From NCBI RefSeq assembly GCF_009914755.1, contig NC_060934.1: a stretch of 64,000 nucleotides of DNA. One strand, 5' to 3'. Numbering within the stretch: the stretch's first letter is position 1; the number at the start of each line of letters is the position of its first letter. The stretch comes from the human T2T-CHM13v2.0 reference genome, Homo sapiens. A program made the translations under genes and the position numbers. The notes below the pieces were generated by a model. It saw nothing but the letters and a program-made list of their open reading frames with translations. It ran no database searches and had not been told where the DNA came from. This document shows, in pieces, positions 1 through 13,705 of this stretch.

Positions 1-249
1 CCTAAAAGGGGTAGTAGTTCTAAAGCCCTTAGTGCCTAGAACATAGTAAGATCTATAAAATGGCTTCTTAAATAAATATACAGTCTATTGTGAAGAATGT
101 GAGAATTGAGAGATAAATACCTTTTCAAGTTAGACGTAAGTGCAGCAATGTGAATAAGAAATTGCTAGATCCAATATATGAATTAAGAATTACGCCAACG
201 GATTACTGATGTACTTGTGTATTTTTGGGTGGTGATGGGTTCTATACAT

Positions 250-1185
250 CCATTAGTTTTCTATTGGTGCATAACAAATTTGGCAGCTTAACAAGACAAA
301 TTTATTGTCTCACATTTTCCATGGGTCAGCAGGCTAAGTATAGCACAGCTGGGTTCTCTGCCTGGATCTCAGAAGGCTCAAATGGAGAGGTCACCTGGAG
401 CTATGATCTTACGTTAAGCATAAGTTCCTTGTCATGCTCATGTTCACTGGTTGGCAGAATTTAGCTGCTTTTTTTTTTTTTTTTTTTTTTTTTTTTTGAT
501 ATGGAGTCTCACTCTGTCACCCAGGCTGGAGTAGAGTGGTGCAATCTTGGCTCACTGCAACCTCCGCCTACCAGGTTCAAGTGATTCTCCTGCTTCAGCC
601 TCCCGAGTAGCTGGGATTACAGGCACCCGCCATCATGCCAGGCTAATTTTTGTATTTTTAGTAGACACGGGCTTTCACCATGTTGGCAAGGCTGGTCTTG
701 AACTCCTGACCTCAGGTGATCTGCTCACCTTGGCCTCCCAAAGTGCTGGGATTACAGGCATGAGCCACTGCACCCAGCCTTTAGCTTCTTATAATTGTAG
801 GAATGGAGGCCCTCAGCAACTCGAGGCCACCCACTGTTTCCTGCCACATGATTCGCTCTACAATATGGTAGCTTACTTTTTCAAATTGGGCAGGAGAATG
901 CTCCAAATGTCTCCCTTTAGGAGGGACTCAGTACCTTTTAAGGATTCACCTGATTCAGGCAGCCCCACCCAGGATAATTACCTCTGATTAATGAAAACTC
1001 AACTAATTTGGGACCTTAATGACATTTGCAAATCCCTTTACCTTTCTCCTACAATATAACTTAATCACAAGAGTGACAGCCATATTCATATTCACTGTCC
1101 TAGCCACCTTCAAACCACAAGGATCATACAAGGCAATATACCAGGGGACAAGTATCTTTGGGGTCATCTTAGAATCCTACGTATT
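250..1185 (-). mobile_element. MLT1 (E/F/G-like) MaLR solo LTR, interrupted by an Alu
   Basis: Opens with ttagttttctattggtgcataacaaa (reverse of the MLT1 3' end) and closes near ggggtcatcttagaatcctac (reverse of the MLT1 5' end). Confidence 0.6.
469..779 (-). mobile_element. AluS, full length
   Basis: Poly-T 469-497, complete two-arm Alu, TSD tttagct(g/t)ctt at 460-470 and 780-790. Confidence 0.95.
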
Positions 1186-1485
1186 TCAGTATGCTTTTCA
1201 GCCATTGCAAAATACAGCTACTTTATACAACTGGGTTGCATAAAGATCTCTCTAAATGCAGTAGGAAGGATTTACTAGGGGTTGGGGAGTAAAATGTGGT
1301 GAGAGAAAATAAATAATGAAACAGGAATAACAGTTGGAAAGATAATGCCATAGTGAGAGCTGATGCTGGCAGTGGAGGTGAAGAAAATTTCACAGTTTAT
1401 AGATATATATTGGAGAAAAACTAGGCAGGCTTTAATGATGGGTAGGAAGTATGTAGCAAGTTAAGAGAGGAAGAGTAAAGGATGC

Positions 1486-1990
1486 TGTATTGTTATCTAT
1501 TACTGCATAACAAATTACCCCCTAACATAGCAGTTTAAAACAACGAACATTTATCGTATCACAATTTCTATGGGTTAGAATTTTGGGTGCAGTCAGCTGG
1601 GTTACAATCAAGACATCAGCTGAAGCTTCAGCCATCTGAAGGCTTGACTAGGGCTGGAAGATCTGTTTCCAAAATGGCGCACTCATATGGCTGCTGGCTG
1701 AGGCCTCCTGTTTCTCCATGCATGGGCCTCTCCACAGGGCTGCTTGAGTGTCCTTATAAAATGGCAGCTGTTTTTTTCCAGAATCAGTGATCCAAGAGAC
1801 AGAGCAAGTTAGATCTTGCAGTAACCTTTTATAAACTAGCCTCAGAAGTCACATACACTGACTTTTACCATGTCCTCCTCATGAGAAATGAGTCATTAAT
1901 TCAGCTATACTCAAGGGGATGAGAATTATGTTCACCTTTTGAAGACAAGAGCCCCAAAGAATTGTGCATACATGGTAAAACTATGACAGG
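1486..1990 (-). mobile_element. MLT1 (G/H-like) MaLR LTR
   Basis: tgtattgttatctattactgcataacaaattacc...tttaaaacaac is a typical reverse MLT1 terminus; flanked by L2-like sequence. Confidence 0.6.
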
Positions 1991-3559
1991 TGACTTTTTG
2001 GATTCAAGTTTGCATAATGGCACTGCTTACCTTTACAGACTCACATTGAACATTCTAGTAATAATAAAACAAAATTGTGTGAGGATTTTGGTGAAAATAA
2101 ATGAATATCAATAAACTTCCATAAGAGTTAGAGAAGGGTTAGATGGACAGGAGCTGAAGTGGCCAAGGGAGATTTAAATGTGAGCTTGCCCTTGAATGAT
2201 GAGTAGGATTTGGGTAGAGAGATGCAAAATAGTAAACCAAGTAGGGTGCACAGTACAAGCAAGCGCTTGGAGATGGAACAGAGAAAGACCCCACCGAAGC
2301 CAAACATTTGATCTGAGGGTAATACAACAGGAGTCAGTAAAAGTGGGGAGCCACTTCATGAAGAACCTTAAGAAATTTCAAGCTAAGGAATTTGCACTTG
2401 ATTCAGCAGTTGAGAATTCATGATATTTTCAGAGAGAAAGGGAATTGTGCATAGCAGTTTGATGTGTTAGGGACTTGGCACAGCCAAGGGATGTTTCTAC
2501 TGTTGACTTGTGTTCCAGATGCAAGGCCTGCTCCTCAAACTTAGTGAGACCCAGGAACCTAAGTATTTTGTGCACTGAAGGGACTGACTGTGAATCCAAT
2601 TATTCATCAGTTTGGAAGGATTTATTGTGGAATCCTGAAGGAAAAGTCTCCTGTCACCAAAGCAAGATTTAAACTGCTTAAGTGCACATAAGTCAAGCAG
2701 AAATTATGGTAATTGGACTTAAACCTGCTTCCCTCTCTGCATATTGTAAATAAAAGAAGACAGTTTAAACAAAGGAGCAAGATGTAAATACAAGAATGAG
2801 ATCAAAGCAAATCTGGAATTAAATTCTACAAAGAGAAAACAAAATCCAAGATATATGGCCAGCACTTTTTAATGCATTTTACAGGACTAAAAACTGGCAG
2901 CCTAAAATATGATTTGCTCAACACATCTATATAAAGTTTGCAAAACAACTTAGAATTCACCCGTTTTGGTGTTTCCCAATTATCTTGCATTTTATGAAGT
3001 CATTTACTAATTTTTCACTGAAATATGCACAGTGACTAACATATTTGCATACAAATGAACTATCCATAGTCCTGAACTTTTCTTTGTCACCTAAACCACC
3101 CACAGTCTTGTTGTTTACATGTTATTTTCATTAATAATAATGTAAACTAAATAAAATAAATGAAGATGTTAGGGCATAGATTTAGACTGGTGACATAAAA
3201 TTATTTATAGAATCACTAAACTTTATAAACTTATCCTAATAAAGAATAATTTGAAAGTAGGTCTTCAGGTAGATAGTGCTAAGAGTAAAAAGGTTGTGAC
3301 TAAGGAAGCAAGGATGATGGGACGCTTTGAGATACTGAGACAAATAGACATACATAGAATAGGGAAATGGGTCAGGAAAGCAAACTGAGCAATAACAGGG
3401 AGCTAATACAAACATTACTAATTTATCATTTTTAATCAAGGCAGTGACAAATATACAGAATTAATATTAGTCAAGTGGCCTCATAGATAAGCTCTGGTCA
3501 GCTATTACCAAATAGAAATTTCTTTTTTTATCATAAGCCCATACTTGTATATCATGCCT

Positions 3560-3800
3560 TCTTCATGCAAGTGATATTGCCTTCAAGGGAGTAAAAATTG
3601 ATTCTTGGAGGGCCAAATCTCTTACTTGTTTTTCGTATAAACACAGAAACACATATAATACCTAAACACATACAAAGTATATCTCTGGTATTAAAATTTC
3701 ATGGAGGGAATAATCAGATAAAAAATGTCTCAAGGGCTCCTCGTATGTGTGTTGGGGGTAGGGGATAGTAATAAAAAAATATGTTGACAAACATGGTGTG
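3560..3800. mobile_element. Probable hAT-Charlie-type DNA transposon remnant
   Basis: Terminus aataaaaaaaatatgttgacaaacatgg resembles Charlie ends; family uncertain. Confidence 0.35.
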
Positions 3801-3835
3801 ATATAATCCTTTCCTAAGTTTTGTGTAGGAATCCA

Positions 3836-3965
3836 CTAGAATTTAAGTTCCTTAAGCACAAGAATTTAGGCCTGTTTTTTTTTTCTTTCACTGCTGTACT
3901 CTCAGTGCTTAGAGCCTGCTTGACACATAGTAGGTACTTAACAAATATTTACTAAATAAATGAAT
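3836..3965 (+). mobile_element. L2 LINE 3' end
   Basis: ctagaatttaagttcc...gacacatagtaggtacttaacaaatatttactaaataaatgaa. Confidence 0.7.
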
Positions 3966-4199
3966 TGTTTTACTTTGCAGCAGAGACACCCAGGGCAATG
4001 GTGATAGTGCCTTGATATCTATTACTCTTATAATTAAAAGAGAACAATCTAGCACTTGGTCAAGTTCTTTGGTGCGACTGGAGAAGAAACTAGGGACTGG
4101 ACCAAAGAAGACTTGACAAAGTGCTAGGTTGTTCCCTTTTAATTGTCCTTCAGCCTGGCACTTTTCATGTTCTCTGTCCTCCCTTAAACCACTGGGCCT

Positions 4200-4480
4200 T
4201 TGTATATAATGCTATTTCTACTCTAAATCTCATCTCCTGCAGCATAGTCAACTCCAAGTCATCCTTCATTCCTATCTCTGACTGATTCAAAGGTTTCCAT
4301 AATTCCCTATACTTCTTTATCATAGCATTTAACACAGGGACGATATAGTATGCCTTTGTATGACATATCAATAATGCCTGTTTTCTCACTAGACTGTAAA
4401 TTCTATGGAGTCTGTTTGGTTTCATTATTTTATTCCCTGCAAATAGTACTATGCCTAGTGTTGCACTCATTGAATAAATT
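4200..4480 (+). mobile_element. L2 LINE 3' fragment
   Basis: ctagactgtaaattctatggag...tgcctagtgttgcactcattgaataaat. Confidence 0.55.
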
Positions 4481-4822
4481 CAAATAACAAACACATGATT
4501 AATTCTGAAAAGTCCAGGATTCAATGAATGCAAATGTGTTAGGTGTGTGATCAAGATTAAACAAGAACCATACTAACTTCAGTTAACATAAAAAGTAATT
4601 ATTTTCTACCAATTAGTCTCTGATAAGCCACTTGGAAATGAGAATTTTAATCAACGGGTAGTAACTGAAAAAGTACTCAGTGGCAGTACTGTATTATGAG
4701 CTATATTGAATGTGTTTTAGTGTTTGTAGATATTAGGACTCTATACATACTAAACCCTGATCATTTGGCATTCGGTATAGTATGGAGATCAGCTTAAGAA
4801 AGAATCGTCTGAGATTTGAGCT

Positions 4823-7299
<2,477 letters not shown>

Positions 7300-7354
7300 T
7301 AAGGGGTTTCCATTATCTAGAAAAGTCACCCAGAGAGGTTTAAAGAAAAACACT

Positions 7355-7510
7355 CTTTTCGTTGAGCACTTTGTGATTGAAACGTTGACAGGTACTTCAC
7401 ATGCATTCTCATTTAATCCTCATTAATTATGTGAGAAGGTGATATTTATTATTGCCTCCATTTTAAGATGAAGAAACTTTGGTTCAGAGTGGTGCTGTGA
7501 CCTAGTTATG
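7355..7510 (-). mobile_element. MIR SINE
   Basis: ctcatttaatcctca...ctccattttaagatgaagaaact core. Confidence 0.65.
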
Positions 7511-7524
7511 CTCCCCTTAAGTAG

Positions 7525-7870
7525 TGCTATGGTTTGAATGTTTGTTTCCTTCCAAAATTCACATATTGAAACCTAATCACCAATGTGATGGCATTAAGAG
7601 GTGGGATCTGTGGAAAGCAACAAGGTCATGAGGGCAGAGCCCTTAAGAATGGGATTAGTGCCCTTGTAAAAGAGGCTCCACAGAGCTGTTTTGCTCCTTT
7701 TACTATGTGAGACCACAGAAGGTGAAAGTGAGCCCTCACCAGGTACCAAATCTATAGACACCATAATCTTGAACTTCCTGGCCCCCAGAACTGTGAGAAA
7801 TAAATTTCTGTTGTTTATAAGTGATCTAGTTTATGGTATTTTGTTATAGAAGCCCCATTAGACTAAGACA
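7525..7870 (+). mobile_element. MLT1A/MSTD-like MaLR solo LTR
   Basis: tgctatggtttgaatg...gactaagaca termini, aataaa, 5-bp TSD agtag/ggtag. Confidence 0.85.
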
Positions 7871-7969
7871 GGTAGTATCCACAGCTTACAAAGTAAATAA
7901 ACCAATAAGACATCATTATTCTTCTACAGATGTCAATATGAGGAATATAGGAAACAAAGCTTATAAAGC

Positions 7970-8301
7970 AAGCAGCAGCAACCTTTTTCTGAAGAGTTCT
8001 CGATAGTAGATATTTTAAGTTTTGCAAGCCATGTGGTATCTGTTGCAGCTAGTCAACTCTGTCCTTGTAGCTCAAAAACATCAATAAAAATGTCCTAAAC
8101 CAATGAGTATTGTTCTGTTGAAATAAAATTATTTGTGGACACTGAATTTGAATTTCACATAGCTTTCATATGTCACCAAATATTCTTCTTCTAAATTGTT
8201 TTCATTTGCTTAAAAATGTAAAACCATTTTTAACTTATGGACTATTGCAAAGCCAACAGTGGGAAAGTTTTGGCCCACGGATCATAGTTTGCTGAACCCT
8301 G
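7970..8301 (+). mobile_element. MER58B hAT-Charlie element
   Basis: gatagtagatattttaagttttgc...ttggcccacggatcatagtttgctgaaccctg. Confidence 0.75.
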
Positions 8302-8859
8302 TTATTGTAGTAATGACCGTATTAGTAGGTATAGTTAACATTTATTGGCCCTATCCTATGTCCCAAGTACTAAACACTGTAAGAGTTAAATATTAACATT
8401 TCTTATCAGGTAGATGGCAGTAATACTATTCCTACTTGCTCAAGATTATATAGCTATGGGAGATGGAGGAATCAGGATAAAAACCCAGGTTTAGAATATA
8501 TCCCAAACTCCCAGCTTAGAATATATTTATGAATGAAAACATGTTTATATGAATCAAAAATAAAATAGTTGCGAATTTGTGTAGGACTCCATATACAGAA
8601 GAGGAGTTTGGGGAACAGTAAGTCCCTGACAGTAAGAGTAGAGCATGGAAGAGCTGAGTCTTAAATTGAGCCTTAGTAAGGTTCTTTATCTAAATGTTAG
8701 GTAGGAGGAAGTGGGCAGAGAGGGGAATAGCATAAACAAAGTGAGAAATAAATAGAGCTTAGCATACATAAGAAGCTTGGCTGTTCTGTAGATTTTCTGT
8801 TGTAGTTATGTATTATTGGAGCTTCACAGTGGGTACTATTTTCAAAGGCTTTAAATGTA

Positions 8860-9005
8860 TGGATGTTGGTTTCGTAGTTTTGACAAATGTACCGTGGTAA
8901 TGAAACCATTAGGGGAAACTAGGTGAGGGGTAAAAGAGAGATCAATCATCTTTGGAACTTTTCTCTGAATCTAAAATTATTACAACATACAAAGTTTATT
9001 ATAAA
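8860..9005 (+). mobile_element. Old L1 (L1MC/ME) 3' end fragment
   Basis: tttgacaaatgtaccgtggtaatg...aggggaaactaggtgagggg...aatctaaaattatt. Confidence 0.55.
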
Positions 9006-9798
9006 AAGTATTTTGAAATCCAGTTATTTTTTCAAATATAAGGTTGAGAAACCTACCAGTTCAAATGATCTCCCAACTCAAACTTTATTCAGTTTTCTCT
9101 GTACATGTCCTGAGGTTAATCTAAGATCTGTTTCCCACAGGTAGTTGAGGGAACCTCAGAGAGGTTTAGAAATGAGCATCCAAGCTCTAATACTCCCTCT
9201 GCTCCTGCTGTCACTCTGAAACTTTTTGACATCAGATCCATGGCGTGGCAGCTTTTTGATGTTGGATCGATAATATAAACAACAATTTTGAGTGACAGCT
9301 TAATCAAGTTAAAACTCCCAACAACTGTACTTCAGAGGCACAGAACTATCTGCTAGAGATCTACTGAAAAAATCAAAAGATGAACCTGAAAGAACTTAAT
9401 ATTATAAAAGAGGCTTCCTACGGGCCTTCTCTCCAAAGGGTTTCTTTTCCATTAGAGAAGACTGATGAGAAGTCAGCAAAAGGAAAGTCTTTCTCTTCAA
9501 GCCAGGTGACTTTAATGCCACTGAGATGATAGAATACAGCTTTGAAATTATCTCCTTCCACCACACTCATCATAATTCCTTTGGCACTATAGGTACAGCC
9601 AATAATATTTAACTGCTCCCAGAAAACTATTCTGTAGCATTTCAATAGCCATTGTAAAGGAAACTCATTGTCTACAGACTCTTCAATGCAGTAAGTACAC
9701 AAAGGAATAAATAAATAAACCATATCTTCATTGGCTATAATATGCACATTTTTTTTACATGTTAGTGTCTCTGAAATTAGGATGTTAATATCTCTGAA

Positions 9799-9858
9799 AT
9801 CCTCCCGCCTCAGCCTCCCAGGTAGCTGGAATGCAGGTGTGCATCACCACTCCAGGCT
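9799..9858 (-). mobile_element. Short inverted Alu right-arm/FRAM fragment
   Basis: atcctcccgcctcagcctcccaggtagctggaatgcagg. Confidence 0.75.
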
Positions 9859-9889
9859 ATATGTATATAGCCATACCACTACATGTATA

Positions 9890-10068
9890 GTGATGGTGCA
9901 TGCCTGTAGTCCCAGCTACTTGGCAGGCTGAAGCAGGACGATAGCTTAAACCCAGGAGTTTGAGGCTACAGAGAAATATGATCATGCTACTGCACTCCAG
10001 CCTGAGCAATAGAGCAAGACCCTGTCTCAAAAAAAAAAAAAAAAAAAGAAAGAAAGAAAGGAAAAAAA
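9890..10068 (+). mobile_element. FRAM/AluJ right monomer with A-rich tail
   Basis: gcctgtagtcccagctac...gagtttgaggctacag...tatgatcatg...gaccctgtctc(A)n. Confidence 0.85.
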
Positions 10069-12571
10069 TCAATTGTCTTTCTATTGCTGGGACAGAAATT
10101 GTTTTTTTACAGAGAGGATTTACATTGGTTGCTGTCAGTTAGGGGCACTGCTCACTTGAGATCACTTTAAATTAAATTAAGGTGTTGGAACTGTACTGGT
10201 AGTTTGCATTCAGACTTTAAATCTGCATGAGTACATGCTTGGTTAAAAAAAAATACTCAGTGGAGATTTTTCTTTCCGCTCTTTCTACTTGGTGTCAAGT
10301 TTGAGATATGCATCTTTTCTTGTGATCTTTTTCTGCATGGTGGGTTTATTTCTGCTTACCCTTTCAAGAAGCATAGAGCTCGTTGGTATCATGGCTTTAG
10401 GTACCACTTTCTCACTAACTTCCTCATCTTGGGCAGTTTGGGTTTTCTCTCTAAAATATATAAAATAATGATGCATCTTACAATAAATGTTTTCTATTCA
10501 GTGAAATATGAAAATCTCTCAAGTTCAAGTTCTTATTTTTACTAGCAACCATGGTAAACCTTTGCATAAATGATATGAAATTCTGCCTCTAGGACAGTCT
10601 GAGTGGTATCACTTGCTTTGTAGTTTGTGTCGTTGAGTATGACAGTGCATTATGTGTGCATGAATGTTTTTGATTTTATGTGTGTATGGTTATTTCTTAA
10701 GCAGCAACTTAGGTTTAGTTGGTTTTAATGGGAATACATACTCTGGCAGTAGTGAGCTAGCCATCTAATCAGGAAGGTCATGCTTCAGAGGCAACTACTC
10801 CAAACATTTTTGTTATTCATATCCAATAAAACATTAAATGCTTCATTAATTAGCAATTTCAGAAGTAGACTTTATCGATGAAATTATGTTTATTAAATGG
10901 CATAACAAATGTTAGAAGTAGGCTTTCATCAATTCCATGACAATTTTCAATAGATGCAATAGCTAAAGTACAGAGATTCTCCCCCCGTCTTGCAAAGCAG
11001 AATATAAGAACCTGGTAGAGCCTGCTCTGTTTCTGGAGCTGGCACTTGAGACTCTATTCTTAAACAGACCTGTACCATTGGTTTGGAGAATTTCTAACTG
11101 CCTTATGCCAATCACTAGAAAAACAGTACCCTGCCTCTGGAATATTGTTTCATCTGTCTTGCGTGAACATTTCATGCAAGGAGTAGTTGGAACATCTAAA
11201 AGGAGAGAGAGGTGAACTTTGAGTTTACAGAATAGTTGTTTTTCCTAATTACTATGGAATACTCAGTACATGTCACTATATGCAGTAGAATTTCCTCTGA
11301 ACTGGCTTCATTATAGCCCAGCAGCAAGATTGTAATCCTGTATAAAGCCATAACATTTGTTTGTAAAGTGTGTGTTTTGCTTGCGCTTTCAGGCCAAGAT
11401 AGCATGTCGAAGCTGAATCCAGCCTTGTTCTCCAATAGCCCTGTTCCAGTCAGGGCAGTAGAAACTCCAAGAGAATAACTTTTGTTTTGTTTTTTAGTTT
11501 TTCACTTTGTCCGTCCAGAAGGGGGTATCTTTTCTAATTCACACAGAGGTATTAGTTTAGGTTGGCTTAGTTCCTTGATCTCTGGTATTTCACATTTCTT
11601 AGAGGGTTATTTTTATCTAAGAAAAAAGAACCTAAGGTTTGTGGCTGGTGCAACAAGAAGGTACCAATATTTGTCTATTTTACATAAAAATATAAAGGGA
11701 CTTAAAGGAAGTAAAAAAATGTACCGAAGTTCATGTTCCCTTGGATTCTGGATTATGCCTATTCATAATCTGAGTCTCTGGGCAGGCCTCTATTGAGAAA
11801 CTGACATCAAATCATCATGAAGACTTTCAAAGCACAACAAGATTTTGACATCATTAAATTCTTCTGCAACCATTGCCTTATTGACATAGGCATATTTCAC
11901 TTTTTGCAGCATCTGTACTCTTGAAGGGACACACATAAATCTAATTTCTACAAATCGAAACTGTTTTGCTCACTAATTTGCAATAGAAGTTCAAGAATGA
12001 CATTTTCATCTCATATGTCCACAAAAGATATCCTAACCTGTGCTACGTTTCTATGGTTCACATTTCACCATTTTATTAAAGAGCTAATAGTCTTTAATCC
12101 TACATTCAACTGTACCATGGAACCCTTAAAGAAGCCCTGCACCAATAAATTAATAAAATAATGTTACACAGATTTTGCCAATGTACCAGGTTTTCTGTTT
12201 CCACCAACAAGTAGATATTCCTGGAGAATCAACAAGTGACAATGTTAGTGAGAAGGCATGTGCTTGCACATGATTCTAAGATATGGCAAAAAGGCTTCAG
12301 AGATCCAAGTTACTACATCGGGCTCATATTTTTAAAATAATCTAGAGTTATAATCATCTACATCTCTAAAAGGGCAAACTTCCACAGGTGCTGACTATAG
12401 AGAAGTAACTTGATGGAATTAAAACATTCTAGAATTAAAAAGGACTTTAGAGAAAAAAGAGTCCAACTTCTTCCAAATCAGACTATCTTCTATTACATCC
12501 TTGATAAGATGATTAATTTACTGGGAGATGATGATAGAAAGAGAATAGAATTTTACAGTTTCAAATGTTGT

Positions 12572-13320
12572 TGCTATGAACTGAATTGTGTCCCTCCCCA
12601 AATCCATATGTTAAAGCTCTAACTCCCAATGTGACAGTATTTGGAGATGGGGCCTGTAGGAGGTAATGAAGTTTAGATGAAGTTACCATGGTAGGGCTCT
12701 AATGATAGGTTTAGTACCCTTATAAGATGAGACAAAACACATTTATCCAACAAGAAAAAGATATATGGGAACTGATGTGGTTTGGCTATGTGTCCCCACC
12801 CAAATTCTCATCTTGTGGCTCCGATGATCCTCAAATGTTGTGGGAGGGACCCAGTGCGAGATAACTGAATTGTGGGGGGCATGTCTTTCCCATGCTGTTC
12901 TTGTGGTGAGTGGGTCTCACATGATCTGTTGGTTTTATAAACGGGAGTTGCCCTGCACAAGCTCCAGCTCCCTCTTTGCCTGCTGCCATCCATGCAAGAC
13001 ATGACTTTCTCCTCCTTGCCTTCTGCCATGATTCTGAGGCCTCCCCAGCCATGTGGAACTGTAAATCCATTAAACCTCTTTCTTTTGTAAATTGCCCAGT
13101 CCTGGGTATGTCTTTATCAGCAGTGTGAAAATGGACTAATACAGGCACACAGAGAGAAAGCAGCCATCTGCAAGCCAGGGAAAGAACCTTCCCAAGAACT
13201 GAATTAGCAGTACTTTGATCTTGGACTTTACAGCCTCCAGAACTATAAGAAATAAAGTTCTGCTGTTTGTGCCACACAGCCTATGATATTTTGTTATGGC
13301 ATCCCGAGCAGACTAAGACA
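12572..13320 (+). mobile_element. MLT1A MaLR solo LTR, split by THE1A
   Basis: tgctatgaactgaattgtgtccc...gactaagaca; TSD gttgt/gttgc. Confidence 0.85.
12773..13143 (+). mobile_element. THE1A-like MaLR solo LTR
   Basis: tgatgtggtttggc...cagcagtgtgaaaatggactaataca; TSD ggaac/ggcac. Confidence 0.88.
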
Positions 13321-13479
13321 GTTGCCTAAACAAAACCAGATGTTGTGGCTTGACTTGTCTCTCTAAGACTTCTATAAATACATACTGAATGCTGAGCCCA
13401 TAAGTAGTTGATAAGTGCTAAGTGAAATGACTTTTTTCAGCACTTTCAGAAAACTTGGTAGTTTCACGGTTAATTTCTA

Positions 13480-13705
13480 CCAACAGCAGAAAAGCAGAGT
13501 AGACACTGAAACCGGACTTCCTTAGAGCCAATCCAGTCTCCAATACATAATATCTGGATAATCATGAGGTTAAGCTTGTTTCCTCATCTGTAGAATGAGA
13601 ATAAAAATACTATTAACCTCATTGACTTGTGATGATCAAGGAATGAAAAACATACAATGCAATTAGATGAATGTCAGTGAAGACAGTAAGCACATAATAA
13701 TAGTA
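13480..13705 (+). mobile_element. MIR SINE
   Basis: tgtttcctcatctgtagaatgagaataaaaatac core. Confidence 0.6.

Noticed and set aside
547-987. 146-aa ORF and similar ORFs (5186, 17097, 20049, 22306, 28892, 36335, 42496, 46830, 61290)
   Set aside because: Translations of Alu sequence (e.g. [18 protein letters not shown]), not genes
9116-9747. Minus-strand ORFs of 63 and 109 aa
   Set aside because: No recognisable homology or consistent splice structure; such lengths are expected by chance
12831-13277. 148-aa ORF, and the 161-aa ORF at 21414-21899
   Set aside because: Antisense readings of THE1A/MLT1A and MER39 LTRs
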